From positions 1 to 56,712 of the forward strand of contig CALVME010000102.1 of NCBI GenBank assembly GCA_944342055.1: a stretch of DNA of 56,712 nucleotides, written 5' to 3'. The translations under genes were made by a program, and so were the position numbers. Numbering within the stretch: the stretch's first letter is position 1; the number at the start of each line of letters is the position of its first letter. The notes beneath the pieces are model-generated. The model was not told where the DNA came from. It ran no database searches and saw only the letters and a program-made list of their open reading frames with translations. Below, in pieces: positions 9,661-19,549 of this stretch. The DNA comes from an uncultured Clostridia bacterium (GTDB lineage Bacteria; Bacillota; Clostridia; Christensenellales; Borkfalkiaceae).

Positions 9661-9689
9661 ATTTTAACACAATTATTTTGAAATAGCAA
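9661..9689 (-). promoter_or_regulatory. candidate sigma-A promoter of lemA-DUF2207
   Basis: On the minus strand: TTGCTA, 17 nt, TGtTAAAAT, about 30 nt upstream of the lemA ATG. Confidence 0.4.
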
Positions 9690-9748
9690 CAGTCAATAAA
9701 TATTTTTTGTCTGTCAGGAAAAAATAGATAGGGGGAATTTTTTTGCTT

Positions 9749-9809
9749 TTTACAAGCTTTTTACAATTTATTACGAAACAATGAAGAATTCGTGCGGCTT
9801 ATGTTACAT
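9749..9809 (+). promoter_or_regulatory. PhoP-box-like direct repeats upstream of pstS
   Basis: TTTACA (9749), TTTACA (9760), TTACGA (9771), weak TGAAGA (9782) and TTACAT (9804) all fall on an 11-bp register. A TATAGT -10 candidate lies at 9818-9823. Confidence 0.6.
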
Positions 9810-9896
9810 GAGTTTTGTATAGTATAACCGTCGAAAGACGAAATAGACCAATGGCTATCGGGTGATAGCAGTGCCTGCGGGCACAAAGGAGAAATC

Positions 9897-10721
9897 ATGA
9901 AAAAGTTAACAACAGTTGCACTTGCTCTTTGCCTCGGCGTGAGCGGAATGGCTCTGGCGGGGTGCGGAGAGAACGGCGGAAACGAAAACGAAGTTTATAT
10001 CAGCGGCTCTACCTCGGTGCAGCCTCTGATGGAAAAGCTTGCTGCCGCATTCGAAGCGAAACACGAGGACATCGTGATTACGGTAGACGGCGGCGGAAGC
10101 GGCAAGGGCATTACGGACGCACAGGACGGCCTCAACGATTTCGGCATGTCCTCCCGCGCGCTGAAGTCCTCGGAAACGGGGGTAAAAGGCGTGACCATGG
10201 CGACGGACGGAATCGCGCTCATCGTCAATCCCGAATGCGAGATCGACGATGTCACGAATGACGAAGTGTATCATCTCTATGCAGACGGTACTGCCATCGG
10301 CGGCGTGCTTACGGCGGCAATCTCCCGCGAAAGCGGTTCAGGTACGAGAGGTGCTTTTGACGAGCTCGTGGTCAACGAGGCGGGAGATGCGCTCGTGGAC
10401 CTGACGGGGTTTGCCGATTGCGTGCAGACGCAAAATTCCACGGGAAACGTCATGACGCAGATCGCTACGAAGGGCAATACCAACCTTCTGGGCTATATTT
10501 CCATGGGATCGGTGGACGACACGGTGAAAGTGCTCAAGTACAACGGCGTGGAAGCGACGGTCGAAAATGTCGTCGCGGGGAACTATTCTCTCTCCCGTCC
10601 CTTCGTCATCGTGGTCAAAGAAGGGGCAGAATTGAGCGAAGCCGCGCAGATGTTCTACGACTATATCTTCTCGGAAGAGGGACAGACGATCGTCGAGCAA
10701 AACGGTTACATCAAAATTTAA
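9897..10721 (+). CDS. pstS: phosphate ABC transporter substrate-binding lipoprotein
   Basis: Lipobox LAGC after the signal peptide, then GSTSVQPLMEKLAAAF...GGGSGKGI, typical of PstS. AAGGAGA SD. Confidence 0.85.
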   Translation: MKKLTTVALALCLGVSGMALAGCGENGGNENEVYISGSTSVQPLMEKLAAAFEAKHEDIVITVDGGGSGKGITDAQDGLNDFGMSSRALKSSETGVKGVTMATDGIALIVNPECEIDDVTNDEVYHLYADGTAIGGVLTAAISRESGSGTRGAFDELVVNEAGDALVDLTGFADCVQTQNSTGNVMTQIATKGNTNLLGYISMGSVDDTVKVLKYNGVEATVENVVAGNYSLSRPFVIVVKEGAELSEAAQMFYDYIFSEEGQTIVEQNGYIKI

Positions 10722-10834
10722 TTCAATGATCCGAAGGCGGGATCGCGGTCGTCTTGAAGCGAAGGTAAATTTGCTTTCGGGGCTGCCGCGGTGCCGCTCT
10801 CGGCATTGCTCTCACTTGTGATTGCATAAAAAAT

Positions 10835-12790
10835 ATGTTGAGACAAAGGATCGGACAGATGAAATCTGTAAGCATTTTATCCAAAGAAAACGCCGCTAAA
10901 ATCATCTTCGGGATCTGTGCGGCTTTTTCCATATTCGCAGTTTTTGCGATCATCTTATTTGTGCTGTATCAAAGCATTCCCGCATTCCGCGCGGTAGGTG
11001 TATTGAATTTCCTGTTCGGAAGCACCTGGCTCCCCGGTTGGGAAGACAGAGTTCCCGAGGGCGGGGCGGAATACAGTCAGATCTTCGGCATTGCGCCCAT
11101 GATCATCACTTCGCTGGTGCTCACCTTCGGCGCCGTTCTGTTGGGCGGTTTGTTTGGTGTCTTTACGGCGGTATTTATGGCGTATTATTGTCCGGAAAAG
11201 CTCGGGAAACTGCATGTGTTCAGCAGGATCCCTCTCCTGCGAAATTTTCCGCTCAAAGGCTTTTTCAGGCAGGTCATCAATTTGCTTGCGAGCATTCCTT
11301 CCATCGTGATCGGATTTTTCGGACTGGTCGTCATCGTGCCGCTCATTCGGGACATGTCGCCCAATCAGAACGGCACGGGCGTGCTTTCCGCCGTTATCGT
11401 GCTCTCTCTCATGATCGTTCCGACCGTGTCTTCGCTGTCACAAAACAGCCTGGAAGCCGTTCCCAAAGAGTACTACGAGGGCTCTCTGGGGCTCGGCAAT
11501 ACCAAAGATCAGACGGTGTTCCGTACGATGGTGCCTGCGGCAAAATCAGGTATTTTGTCTGCGCTCATCCTCGGGATCGGGCGCGCGGTGGGAGAAGCGA
11601 TGGCGGTTTATTTTGTGATCGGCGGCACTCCCGGGAAATTTCCAGACAGCCTGTTTAAGCCTGTATCTTCGCTGACGGTCACGATCGTGCAGGAAATGGG
11701 GTATGCGTCGGACGGAAGCATTCATAAGAGTGCTTTGATCGCATCGGGCTTTGTGCTTTTGGTCTTTGTGTTGCTCATCAATTTGCTGTTGAATTTTATC
11801 AAAAAGGATAAGGTGGGCGGCAACAGCCTGTTTTCCAGAAATCTGAAAGCTTCTGCGCCGCGTGCGGTCGGATACACCTATCGTCAGACGGGAATCGGCC
11901 AAAGCATTCTGCGCGCTGTCAGCATTGCCTTTGCGTTTATCATTCTGTTTGCCCTCGGTTACCTCGTCGTATTCATCGCCGTAAAGGGGATCCCTTACCT
12001 CACGCCACAGTTTTTATTCGGAGAGAGTTCGAACGCCAATGTGACGCTTGCGCCGGCTTTTGTCACGACGGGCATGATTATCGCGTTGACGCTTCTGATC
12101 GCTCTGCCGCTCGGCATCGGCGCGGCGATATTCCTCAACGAATATTCCAAAAAAGGGAGCAAATTCGTCAAGACCATCCGCCTTTTCATCGATACTTTGG
12201 CGGGCGTTCCGTCCATCGTATTCGGTTTGTTCGGCATGATTTTTTTCTGCGGCATCTGCAATCTCAATTACAGCATCGCGGCAGGTTCGTTTACGATGGT
12301 GCTCATCATTCTGCCGACGATCATCCGCTCGACGGAGGAGAGCCTGCGGGAAGTGCCTGACGCCATGCGCGAAGGCGCCCTTGCGCTCGGGTCGTCTAAG
12401 GTCAGAACGATCTTCAAGATCGTATTGCCCCTTGCCATTCGCGGCATAGCGACTTCTGTCGTTTTGAGCATCGGGCGCATCGTCGGAGAATCCGCCGCAC
12501 TCATCTATACGTCCGGTTCAACCATTCGGATGCCAAACGGTTACGGCAGCACAGGTTCGACGTTTGCCGTTCTGATGTATCGCTTCCAGGTAGAACCCGT
12601 TCCCGGGCTTGGCGTCAATGCAATGTACGCCACTGCGGTCGTCTTGCTTGGGATCGTGCTTTGCCTCAATATTTTGGTTACGGCGTTGCAAAAAAATCTC
12701 GGGAAGGGCGGGAAAGAAAAGAAACCGAAAAAGGAAAGCGTGCGCCTGAAACAAGAGAGCAAGGCGGCGCCAGCGGCGGAACGGGCATAG
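10835..12790 (+). CDS. pstCA: fused phosphate ABC transporter permease PstC-PstA
   Basis: A single 651-aa frame holds two permease modules, each with an EAA-type loop ([25 protein letters not shown] and [25 protein letters not shown]). A linker of about 30 aa near nt 11800-11880 joins them, and a K/E-rich tail follows. The start may instead be ATG 10859. Confidence 0.8.
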   Translation: MLRQRIGQMKSVSILSKENAAKIIFGICAAFSIFAVFAIILFVLYQSIPAFRAVGVLNFLFGSTWLPGWEDRVPEGGAEYSQIFGIAPMIITSLVLTFGAVLLGGLFGVFTAVFMAYYCPEKLGKLHVFSRIPLLRNFPLKGFFRQVINLLASIPSIVIGFFGLVVIVPLIRDMSPNQNGTGVLSAVIVLSLMIVPTVSSLSQNSLEAVPKEYYEGSLGLGNTKDQTVFRTMVPAAKSGILSALILGIGRAVGEAMAVYFVIGGTPGKFPDSLFKPVSSLTVTIVQEMGYASDGSIHKSALIASGFVLLVFVLLINLLLNFIKKDKVGGNSLFSRNLKASAPRAVGYTYRQTGIGQSILRAVSIAFAFIILFALGYLVVFIAVKGIPYLTPQFLFGESSNANVTLAPAFVTTGMIIALTLLIALPLGIGAAIFLNEYSKKGSKFVKTIRLFIDTLAGVPSIVFGLFGMIFFCGICNLNYSIAAGSFTMVLIILPTIIRSTEESLREVPDAMREGALALGSSKVRTIFKIVLPLAIRGIATSVVLSIGRIVGESAALIYTSGSTIRMPNGYGSTGSTFAVLMYRFQVEPVPGLGVNAMYATAVVLLGIVLCLNILVTALQKNLGKGGKEKKPKKESVRLKQESKAAPAAERA

Positions 12791-12798
12791 AGGTCATT

Positions 12799-13584
12799 AT
12801 GAAAAAGATAGAACCATTTGAAATGAAAGACGGCATTGCCGTAGAAGTGAAGGACATGCAACTGTATTACGGGAATTTTCATGCGTTGAAATCGATCGAC
12901 ATGGAAATGCCTGAGAAAAAGATCACGGCAATGATCGGACCTTCCGGGTGCGGAAAATCCACGCTGTTAAAATCGCTCAATCGTATGAACGATCTGGTGG
13001 AAGGTTGCCGCATCGAAGGGCTGATCAGGATCGGAGACAAGAACATTTACGAGAGAAACGTCGATCTTGCGGCTCTTCGCAAGAACGTAGGTATGGTGTT
13101 TCAAAGACCGAATCCCTTCGCAATGAGCGTATATGACAACATTGCATACGGTCCGAGGACATTCGGCATTCGGAAAAAGGCAGATCTTGACGAAATCGTC
13201 GAACGCTCGCTCAAGGGTGCGGCGATGTGGGATGAACTCAAAGATCGGCTCGGCAAATCGGCTCTGGGACTTTCCGGAGGTCAGCAACAGCGCCTGTGCA
13301 TCGCGCGGGCGCTTGCGGTAGAGCCGCAGATTTTGCTCATGGACGAACCGACTTCGGCGTTGGATCCCATTTCTACGGGAAAAATTGAAGATCTGTGCGA
13401 AGAGCTGAAAAAAGAAATTACCATCATCATCGTCACGCACAACATGCAGCAGGCGACGCGCATTTCAGATTATACGGCATTTTTCCTGCTCGGAGAGATG
13501 GTGGAGATGGGAGAAACGGAACAAATTTTTTCAACGCCGCGCGATAAGCGAACGGAAGATTACATCACGGGGAGGTTCGGTTGA
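12799..13584 (+). CDS. pstB: phosphate ABC transporter ATP-binding protein
   Basis: ORF 12661-13584 trimmed to ATG 12799. Walker [10 protein letters not shown], signature LSGGQQQRL, Walker [12 protein letters not shown]. Confidence 0.9.
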   Translation: MKKIEPFEMKDGIAVEVKDMQLYYGNFHALKSIDMEMPEKKITAMIGPSGCGKSTLLKSLNRMNDLVEGCRIEGLIRIGDKNIYERNVDLAALRKNVGMVFQRPNPFAMSVYDNIAYGPRTFGIRKKADLDEIVERSLKGAAMWDELKDRLGKSALGLSGGQQQRLCIARALAVEPQILLMDEPTSALDPISTGKIEDLCEELKKEITIIIVTHNMQQATRISDYTAFFLLGEMVEMGETEQIFSTPRDKRTEDYITGRFG

Positions 13585-13585
13585 T

Positions 13586-14236
13586 ATGCGGATCGGTTAC
13601 GACGAGCAGTTAAAATTATTGCATGCGCAGATCGCTGCGATCGGCAACAATGTCATAGACGCGATCAAAAACGTTTCTGTGGCGCTGAAAGAGCGGGACA
13701 AAAAACTTGCCGAGACGATCGTTCAGAACGACGGAACCATCGATCAGCTTGAAAAGACGATCGAAACCCAGTGCCTTAAGCTGCTTTTGATGGAGCAGCC
13801 CGTCGCCAGGGATTTGCGAAACGTGTCTTCGGCGCTTAAAATGATCACCGATTTTGAACGGATCGGAGATTTTGCTTCCGATATTGCCGAAATCGTGCTC
13901 GAACAGGAAAATGATGAGGTCAATCTCGATTACGGTTATATTTCAGAGATGACGAACGATTGCGTCGGAATGGTCAGCGATTGCGTCAGGGCATTTATCA
14001 ATCAGGACTACTCGCTTGCGGAAAAGGTATGCAAATGGGACGACAAAGTGGATCGTTCTTTCCATGCGATGAAACTAGCGCTTTTGTCTCTCATTCAGCA
14101 CAATCCCGCCGCAGGGGATGCGGCGCTCGATCTCATGATGGTGGCAAAATATCTTGAGCGCGTGGGAGATCATGCCACAAATATAGCGGAATGGACGATG
14201 TATGCCATCACCGGCGTTCACGTCAAAGCGAATTGA
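13586..14236 (+). CDS. phoU: phosphate signalling regulator PhoU
   Basis: 216 aa with duplicated PhoU helical repeats carrying the FERIGDFA and LERVGDHA motifs; starts 2 nt after pstB. Confidence 0.85.
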   Translation: MRIGYDEQLKLLHAQIAAIGNNVIDAIKNVSVALKERDKKLAETIVQNDGTIDQLEKTIETQCLKLLLMEQPVARDLRNVSSALKMITDFERIGDFASDIAEIVLEQENDEVNLDYGYISEMTNDCVGMVSDCVRAFINQDYSLAEKVCKWDDKVDRSFHAMKLALLSLIQHNPAAGDAALDLMMVAKYLERVGDHATNIAEWTMYAITGVHVKAN

Positions 14237-14250
14237 GTGCCTTCAATCTC

Positions 14251-14279
14251 TTGCGAAAACGTAAAAAGAATGGTACAAT
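14251..14279 (+). promoter_or_regulatory. candidate sigma-A promoter abutting the response-regulator ATG
   Basis: TTGCGA (14251-14256), 17 nt, TGgTACAAT (-10 at 14274-14279). Only 6 nt (GAATGC) separate the -10 from ATG 14286, and there is no SD. Confidence 0.5.
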
Positions 14280-14285
14280 GAATGC

Positions 14286-14933
14286 ATGAAGCAGTTAGTC
14301 TATTTGCTGGACGACGATGCCAGCGTCCGCGATCTCGTCGGATTTACGCTTGATATGAACGGGATAGAGTGCAGAAGTTTTGCAAACGCGGCTGATTTTT
14401 TTGCCGCGCTGGAAACGGAGCAGCCGCCGGCGGCGCTGATCGACATTATGTTGCCGGACGCAAACGGGATAGATGTTCTTTGTCGCGTGAAGGCGAAATA
14501 TCCGAACGTATTCTGTATTCTTTTAAGTGCACTCGGGCAAGAGATCGATAAAGTAAAAGGCCTGAACGCAGGCGCTGACGATTACATAGCAAAACCGTTC
14601 GGCGTATTGGAACTTTGCGCCAGGGTGAACGTCGCCTTGCGCAAGAGCAAAAAAGGAACTTTGACGAGGGGAGAGCTCGCACTCGATCCAGATTCCATGA
14701 CGATTACGTTGTCGGGAAAAGTTCTCGACCTGAACAACAAAGAGTATCAGCTTCTTTCTTATCTGATGGAAAACGCAGGCAAAGTTCTGACACGAGAGGC
14801 ACTTCTGAACGACGTTTGGGGCTATGACGGCGGCGAGACACGCACGCTTGACAATCACATTGCAAGGTTGCGCAAGCTCGGCGTCGAAAATATAGAGACG
14901 GTCTTCGGGGTGGGTTATAAATTGAGAGTATAG
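14286..14933 (+). CDS. OmpR-family response regulator (PhoP-like by context)
   Basis: Receiver domain (LLDDD...IDIMLPDANG...KP) plus a winged-helix output (TLDNHIARLRKL...GVGYKL). Sits between phoU and a histidine kinase. Confidence 0.85.
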   Translation: MKQLVYLLDDDASVRDLVGFTLDMNGIECRSFANAADFFAALETEQPPAALIDIMLPDANGIDVLCRVKAKYPNVFCILLSALGQEIDKVKGLNAGADDYIAKPFGVLELCARVNVALRKSKKGTLTRGELALDPDSMTITLSGKVLDLNNKEYQLLSYLMENAGKVLTREALLNDVWGYDGGETRTLDNHIARLRKLGVENIETVFGVGYKLRV

Positions 14934-14940
14934 AAAATTT

Positions 14941-16275
14941 ATGAAAAAAAGTATTTTTCTCGCTACCGCACTTATTTCGGTGATCAGTCTGATCCTGTTT
15001 TCCGCAGTTTCCGCGAGTACGTATTACCGCTCTCAGACGGAAGACGCAAAACGGCATTTGCAAGTATACATGAACGCTTTTGTCGGCTATTCGCTTGACG
15101 AAGCGGGAGCGAAGTCTTTTTCGGAAGCGCTGAACGGGGCTCGCGTGACCATCATTGCTTTAGACGGAAGCGTACTCGGAGACAGCGAGGAGAGCGGGCT
15201 TCCCAACCATTCGGACAGAGAGGAAGTCAGCCAAGCCATGTTGTCGGGCGAGGGGTTTGCTGTCCGCGGGAGTGAGAGCGTCAACCGCCGTATGGTGTAT
15301 TATTGTCGGCAGTTCGACGGATTTCTGGTGCGCATTGCGGTCACGACTTCTTCGGAATTTCAGATTTTTCTGACCGATCTTCCCAACATAGGCGGTTTCC
15401 TGCTGCTTGATATTGTTTGCTGCCTTGTCTTTACCTATCTTGCGGCAGTGTTGATTTTGCAACCCATTGAAAAATTGACGCAAAAGGCTGCGCTTCGTTG
15501 CAGAATCGAAAGGGTGCCTTATCCCGAATTAAAGACGATCGCAAGCCTGATGAACCGAATGAATGAGGACATAGCTTCCAGCATGGCGGAGATCAAAAGG
15601 GACAAGGAGCTGGTAGTGGAGGCGCAAAAGACGAAAGACGAATTCATCGCGAACGTCACGCATGAGATGAATACGCCTCTGACGGGAATACGAGGCTACG
15701 CGGAATGGCTGAAGAGCGGCTCCCTGAACGAAGCGCAGGTCGTCAATGCGAGCAATATCATTTACGAACAGAGCGTGCGGCTCTCGAATCTGATTTCAGG
15801 GATCATCAATTATTCGGAGCTGACGAGCGATGATCTTCCGGCTTATTCGGTCAATCTTTCCGAAGTTTGCGAGGAAGTTATCGAGGTCATCCGTCCCGAG
15901 CTGGAAGAGAAAAATCTTACCTTGCACGCATCCGTCGCCGAAAATGTTTCGGTGCAGGGCAGAAGGGAGCGCGTTTCGGCGGTGATCTCCAATCTTTTGC
16001 GCAATGCGATACGATACAACAAGGAGAACGGCGAAATCTTTGTTGAGGTCGACGCTTCATCCCTTTCCGTCCGGGATACGGGCATCGGCATCGCGGAAGA
16101 AGATCAGGCAAAAGTCTTTCATCGTTTCTTTACCGTAGATAAATCGCACAACGGGAAAAACGGCGGATTCGGTCTGGGGCTCTCGCTCGTGAAAAGGATC
16201 TGCGAAAATTCCGGGTGGAAACTTTCGCTCGAGAGCAAAATCGGAGAAGGGAGCTGCTTCCGCATCGATTTTTAA
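14941..16275 (+). CDS. sensor histidine kinase (PhoR-like by context)
   Basis: Two TM helices, H-box THEMNTPLTGIRGY, N-box LLRNAIRYN, G-boxes RDTGIGI and GGFGLGLSLV. Confidence 0.85.
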   Translation: MKKSIFLATALISVISLILFSAVSASTYYRSQTEDAKRHLQVYMNAFVGYSLDEAGAKSFSEALNGARVTIIALDGSVLGDSEESGLPNHSDREEVSQAMLSGEGFAVRGSESVNRRMVYYCRQFDGFLVRIAVTTSSEFQIFLTDLPNIGGFLLLDIVCCLVFTYLAAVLILQPIEKLTQKAALRCRIERVPYPELKTIASLMNRMNEDIASSMAEIKRDKELVVEAQKTKDEFIANVTHEMNTPLTGIRGYAEWLKSGSLNEAQVVNASNIIYEQSVRLSNLISGIINYSELTSDDLPAYSVNLSEVCEEVIEVIRPELEEKNLTLHASVAENVSVQGRRERVSAVISNLLRNAIRYNKENGEIFVEVDASSLSVRDTGIGIAEEDQAKVFHRFFTVDKSHNGKNGGFGLGLSLVKRICENSGWKLSLESKIGEGSCFRIDF

Positions 16276-16313
16276 GAAGGATGCGGAGGACAGATTTTGT
16301 CGGATCTTAAAAA

Positions 16314-16349
16314 AATTCTGTGAAAAGGCAATTTCACAGAATTTTTTTT
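16314..16349 (+). terminator. intrinsic terminator after the pst/two-component block
   Basis: AATTCTGTGAAA-loop-TTTCACAGAATT hairpin followed by a T-run. Confidence 0.8.
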
Positions 16350-16379
16350 AAAAAACAGGAAAGTTTTTTTGATTTGCTA

Positions 16380-16408
16380 TTGAAAAAAAAAGACAGATAT
16401 AGTATAAT
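16380..16408 (+). promoter_or_regulatory. candidate sigma-A promoter of the glg operon
   Basis: TTGAAA, 17 nt, TATAAT, 42 nt upstream of the glgB ATG. Confidence 0.55.
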
Positions 16409-16450
16409 GTTTTAGTAGTTTAGACTAGCATTTTACGAGGGGGATCCAAT

Positions 16451-18334
16451 ATGACTGACGTCGCTTTGTATTACTATCATCAGGGAGTAAATTTCAAAGC
16501 ATACGAGCTTTACGGGGCGCATCCCGCGAAACAAAACGGTAAATCCGGTTATGTGTTCCGCGTGTGGGCGCCGCATGCAAAGAGCGTTTCCGTTGTGGGA
16601 GAATTCAACGATTGGGACACGCAGTCGCATGTGATGCAACACATGATCGACAACGAGAGCTTTGAGCTTTTTATTCCCGGGATCAAGCAATACGATCTCT
16701 ATAAATATTGCATAGAGACGCATTCCGGTCAGAAGATCTACAAGGCCGATCCGTATGCGTTTCATACGGAAACTCCGGGGACGGATTCTTCTAACGCTTC
16801 CAAAGCGTACGATCTCTCAAAGTACAAGTGGCAGGACAAGGCATATTTCAAACAATTGTCCCAAAAGAAGATTTTCAGCCAGCCGGTCAATATTTACGAG
16901 GTCAACCTTCTTTCTTGGAAGAAGCATGAAGACGGCAGTTATTTGACGTATGCGGAACTTGCGGAAGAACTCGTGCCCTACGTCAAAGAGATGGGCTATA
17001 CGCACGTTGAACTAATGCCGATCACCGAGTATCCGTATGACGGTTCCTGGGGGTATCAGGCGACGGGATATTATGCCGTGACCTCGCGTCTCGGCACGCC
17101 GCACGATTTCATGAAGCTCGTGGACAGCTTCCATGCGGCAGGCATCGGCGTCATTTTGGATTGGGTTCCCGCCCACTTCCCCAAAGACGCGTTCGGGCTT
17201 TACGAGTTCGACGGCGAATGTCTTTACGAATGTCCCATGCTCGGAAGAAAGGAACATCTCGCATGGGGGACGCGCATCTTTGATTACGGCAAGAACGAAG
17301 TCGTTTCCTTCCTGATCTCTTCGGCGGAATTTTTCTTTAAATACTATCATATCGACGGGATTCGGGTGGACGCGGTCGCTTCCATGCTTTACCTCGATTA
17401 TGACAGACGCCCCGGCGAATGGATGCCGAACATTTACGGAGACAATAAAAATCTGGAAGCCATCGCCTTCCTTGGCAAGCTGAACACCGAAATTTTCAAG
17501 GAGTTCCCGTATGCCATGATGATCGCGGAAGAGTCTACTGCGTTCCCGATGGTGACGAAACCCGTGGATGTGGGCGGACTCGGATTCAGCTTCAAGTGGA
17601 ACATGGGATGGATGAACGATGTGCTTTCGTATCTGAAAACAGATCCTTTCTTCCGCCATTACAATCACAACAAGCTGACGTTTTCCATGATGTATGCTTT
17701 TTCCGAGAACTACATTCTTCCCATTTCTCACGATGAAGTTGTGCACGGCAAGGGCTCTCTCGTCAACAAAATGCCGGGAGATTACGAAGACAAATTTGCA
17801 GGTCTCCGCTCTTTCTGGGGGTACATGATGGCGCATCCCGGGAAGAAGCTCAATTTCATGGGCGCGGAGTTCGGGCAGTTCAAAGAATGGGCGTTCAAAG
17901 AGGGGTTGGAGTTCTTCTTGAAAGACTATCCGCTTCACGCGAAGATGTCCGACTATACCAAAGCACTGAATGAATTTTATAAGTCTACGCCCGCGTTCTA
18001 CGAGATCGAAGACTCTTGGGACGGATTCGAATGGCTTGCGCCCGATGACAGAGATCAGAATGTGCTTTCCTTCCTGAGAAGAGACAAACAGGGCAACGAA
18101 GTCATTGTTGTCGTCAGCTTCGACGGCGCAGAAAAGCAGACGTACAGACTGGGGCTTCCGAAGGGAAAATACAAGGTGATTTTCAATTCCGATGCGCCGA
18201 AGTTTGGCGGAAAAGGTGCCATTCATAAGTTCACTTATACGACAGTGAAAGTACCAAGTCACGGAAAGGAAAATTCGATCAAGATCGAAATTCCGAAAAT
18301 GACTTGCTTGTATTTAATTAAAGTTAAAAATTAG
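16451..18334 (+). CDS. glgB: 1,4-alpha-glucan branching enzyme
   Basis: 627-aa GH13 enzyme with the conserved blocks GVILDWVPAHF, GIRVDAVASMLY, IAEEST, LPISHDEV. Confidence 0.9.
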   Translation: MTDVALYYYHQGVNFKAYELYGAHPAKQNGKSGYVFRVWAPHAKSVSVVGEFNDWDTQSHVMQHMIDNESFELFIPGIKQYDLYKYCIETHSGQKIYKADPYAFHTETPGTDSSNASKAYDLSKYKWQDKAYFKQLSQKKIFSQPVNIYEVNLLSWKKHEDGSYLTYAELAEELVPYVKEMGYTHVELMPITEYPYDGSWGYQATGYYAVTSRLGTPHDFMKLVDSFHAAGIGVILDWVPAHFPKDAFGLYEFDGECLYECPMLGRKEHLAWGTRIFDYGKNEVVSFLISSAEFFFKYYHIDGIRVDAVASMLYLDYDRRPGEWMPNIYGDNKNLEAIAFLGKLNTEIFKEFPYAMMIAEESTAFPMVTKPVDVGGLGFSFKWNMGWMNDVLSYLKTDPFFRHYNHNKLTFSMMYAFSENYILPISHDEVVHGKGSLVNKMPGDYEDKFAGLRSFWGYMMAHPGKKLNFMGAEFGQFKEWAFKEGLEFFLKDYPLHAKMSDYTKALNEFYKSTPAFYEIEDSWDGFEWLAPDDRDQNVLSFLRRDKQGNEVIVVVSFDGAEKQTYRLGLPKGKYKVIFNSDAPKFGGKGAIHKFTYTTVKVPSHGKENSIKIEIPKMTCLYLIKVKN

Positions 18335-18347
18335 TTGGGGGTAATTT

Positions 18348-19547
18348 ATGCAGAGAAAAAAGCAATGTGTAGCAATGCTCCTCGCAGGTGGTCAGGGAAG
18401 TCGTCTCTATGCTTTGACGAATACCATCGCAAAGCCTGCGGTGCCGTTCGGAGCAAAGTACAGAATCATTGATTTTCCGCTTTCCAACTGCGTCAATTCC
18501 GGTATTGACACGGTTGGTGTGCTGACACAGTACGAGCCGCTCGAGCTTAACGAGTATATCGGCAACGGTCAGCCGTGGGATCTCGACCGTTCGTTCGGAG
18601 GAGTTCATGTTTTGTCGCCGTATCAGGCGAAAAAGCGTTCGAGCTGGTATGAGGGTACCGCTAACGCGATTTATCAGAACATGCATTTCATGAAGATGTA
18701 CAATCCTGAGTACATACTCATTCTTTCGGGCGATCACATTTATAAAATGGATTATGCCGCTATGCTCAAGGCGCACATTGAAAAGGGAGCAGACTGCACG
18801 ATCGCAGCGCTGAACGTTCCTTTGAAAGAGGCATCCCGTTTCGGTATCCTTAATATCAAGGAAGACGGAACGATTTATCAGTTCGAAGAAAAACCTAAGG
18901 TTCCCAAGAGCACTCTGGCGTCGATGGGTATCTATATCTTCACGGCTTCGAAGCTCTTCCATTATCTGGAAGAAGACGACAAGAACCCGAACTCTTCGAA
19001 AGACTTCGGCAAAGACGTGCTTCCCGCTATGCTCAACGCAGGCGAAAAGATGATGTCTTATGAATTCCAGGGATATTGGAAGGACGTCGGAACGATCGCT
19101 TCTCTGCATGAGGCAAACATGGATCTTCTCGGCGAGACGCCCAATTTTGACGTTTCTGACAGCAAGTGGAAGATCCATTCCCGCAATCCCCTGGCGCCTC
19201 CTGAGTACATCGGCCCGAACGCTACCGTACAGAATTCCATGATCGCTTTGGGTTGCGAAATCAACGGCACCATTGTCAACTCTGTTCTTTCGAGCAATGT
19301 CGTGGTTGAAGAGGGGGCTGTCGTTAAAGACAGCGTGATCATGAGCGGCACTGTCGTTAAGGCAGGAGCGGAAGTCAACTATTCGATCATCGATGAGGAT
19401 GTCGTCGTGGAGTCCGGTGCAAAAGTCGGTGCGGAGAAGGGCGAAGGCGTCGGCATCGCGGTGCTCGGTAAGGGCATTAAAGTCGGCAAAAACGCTGCGG
19501 TTGCCGCCGGCGAGATCGTTGATAAAGATGTAGAAGGGGAGGTTTGA
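18348..19547 (+). CDS. glgC: glucose-1-phosphate adenylyltransferase
   Basis: N-terminal [14 protein letters not shown] nucleotide-binding motif, YWKDVGT, and a C-terminal left-handed beta-helix repeat region. Confidence 0.9.
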   Translation: MQRKKQCVAMLLAGGQGSRLYALTNTIAKPAVPFGAKYRIIDFPLSNCVNSGIDTVGVLTQYEPLELNEYIGNGQPWDLDRSFGGVHVLSPYQAKKRSSWYEGTANAIYQNMHFMKMYNPEYILILSGDHIYKMDYAAMLKAHIEKGADCTIAALNVPLKEASRFGILNIKEDGTIYQFEEKPKVPKSTLASMGIYIFTASKLFHYLEEDDKNPNSSKDFGKDVLPAMLNAGEKMMSYEFQGYWKDVGTIASLHEANMDLLGETPNFDVSDSKWKIHSRNPLAPPEYIGPNATVQNSMIALGCEINGTIVNSVLSSNVVVEEGAVVKDSVIMSGTVVKAGAEVNYSIIDEDVVVESGAKVGAEKGEGVGIAVLGKGIKVGKNAAVAAGEIVDKDVEGEV

Positions 19548-19549
19548 TT

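Noticed and set aside
17012-18262. 416-aa ORF antisense to glgB. Similar long antisense ORFs lie at 891-1817, 2815-3726, 5129-5956, 8018-9097, 18324-19178, 19379-20548 and 22484-23596.
   Set aside because: Each lies entirely inside a confidently identified gene on the other strand. They have arginine/histidine/cysteine-rich, unnatural composition and no SD. They are the usual stop-poor mirror frames of strongly codon-biased genes.
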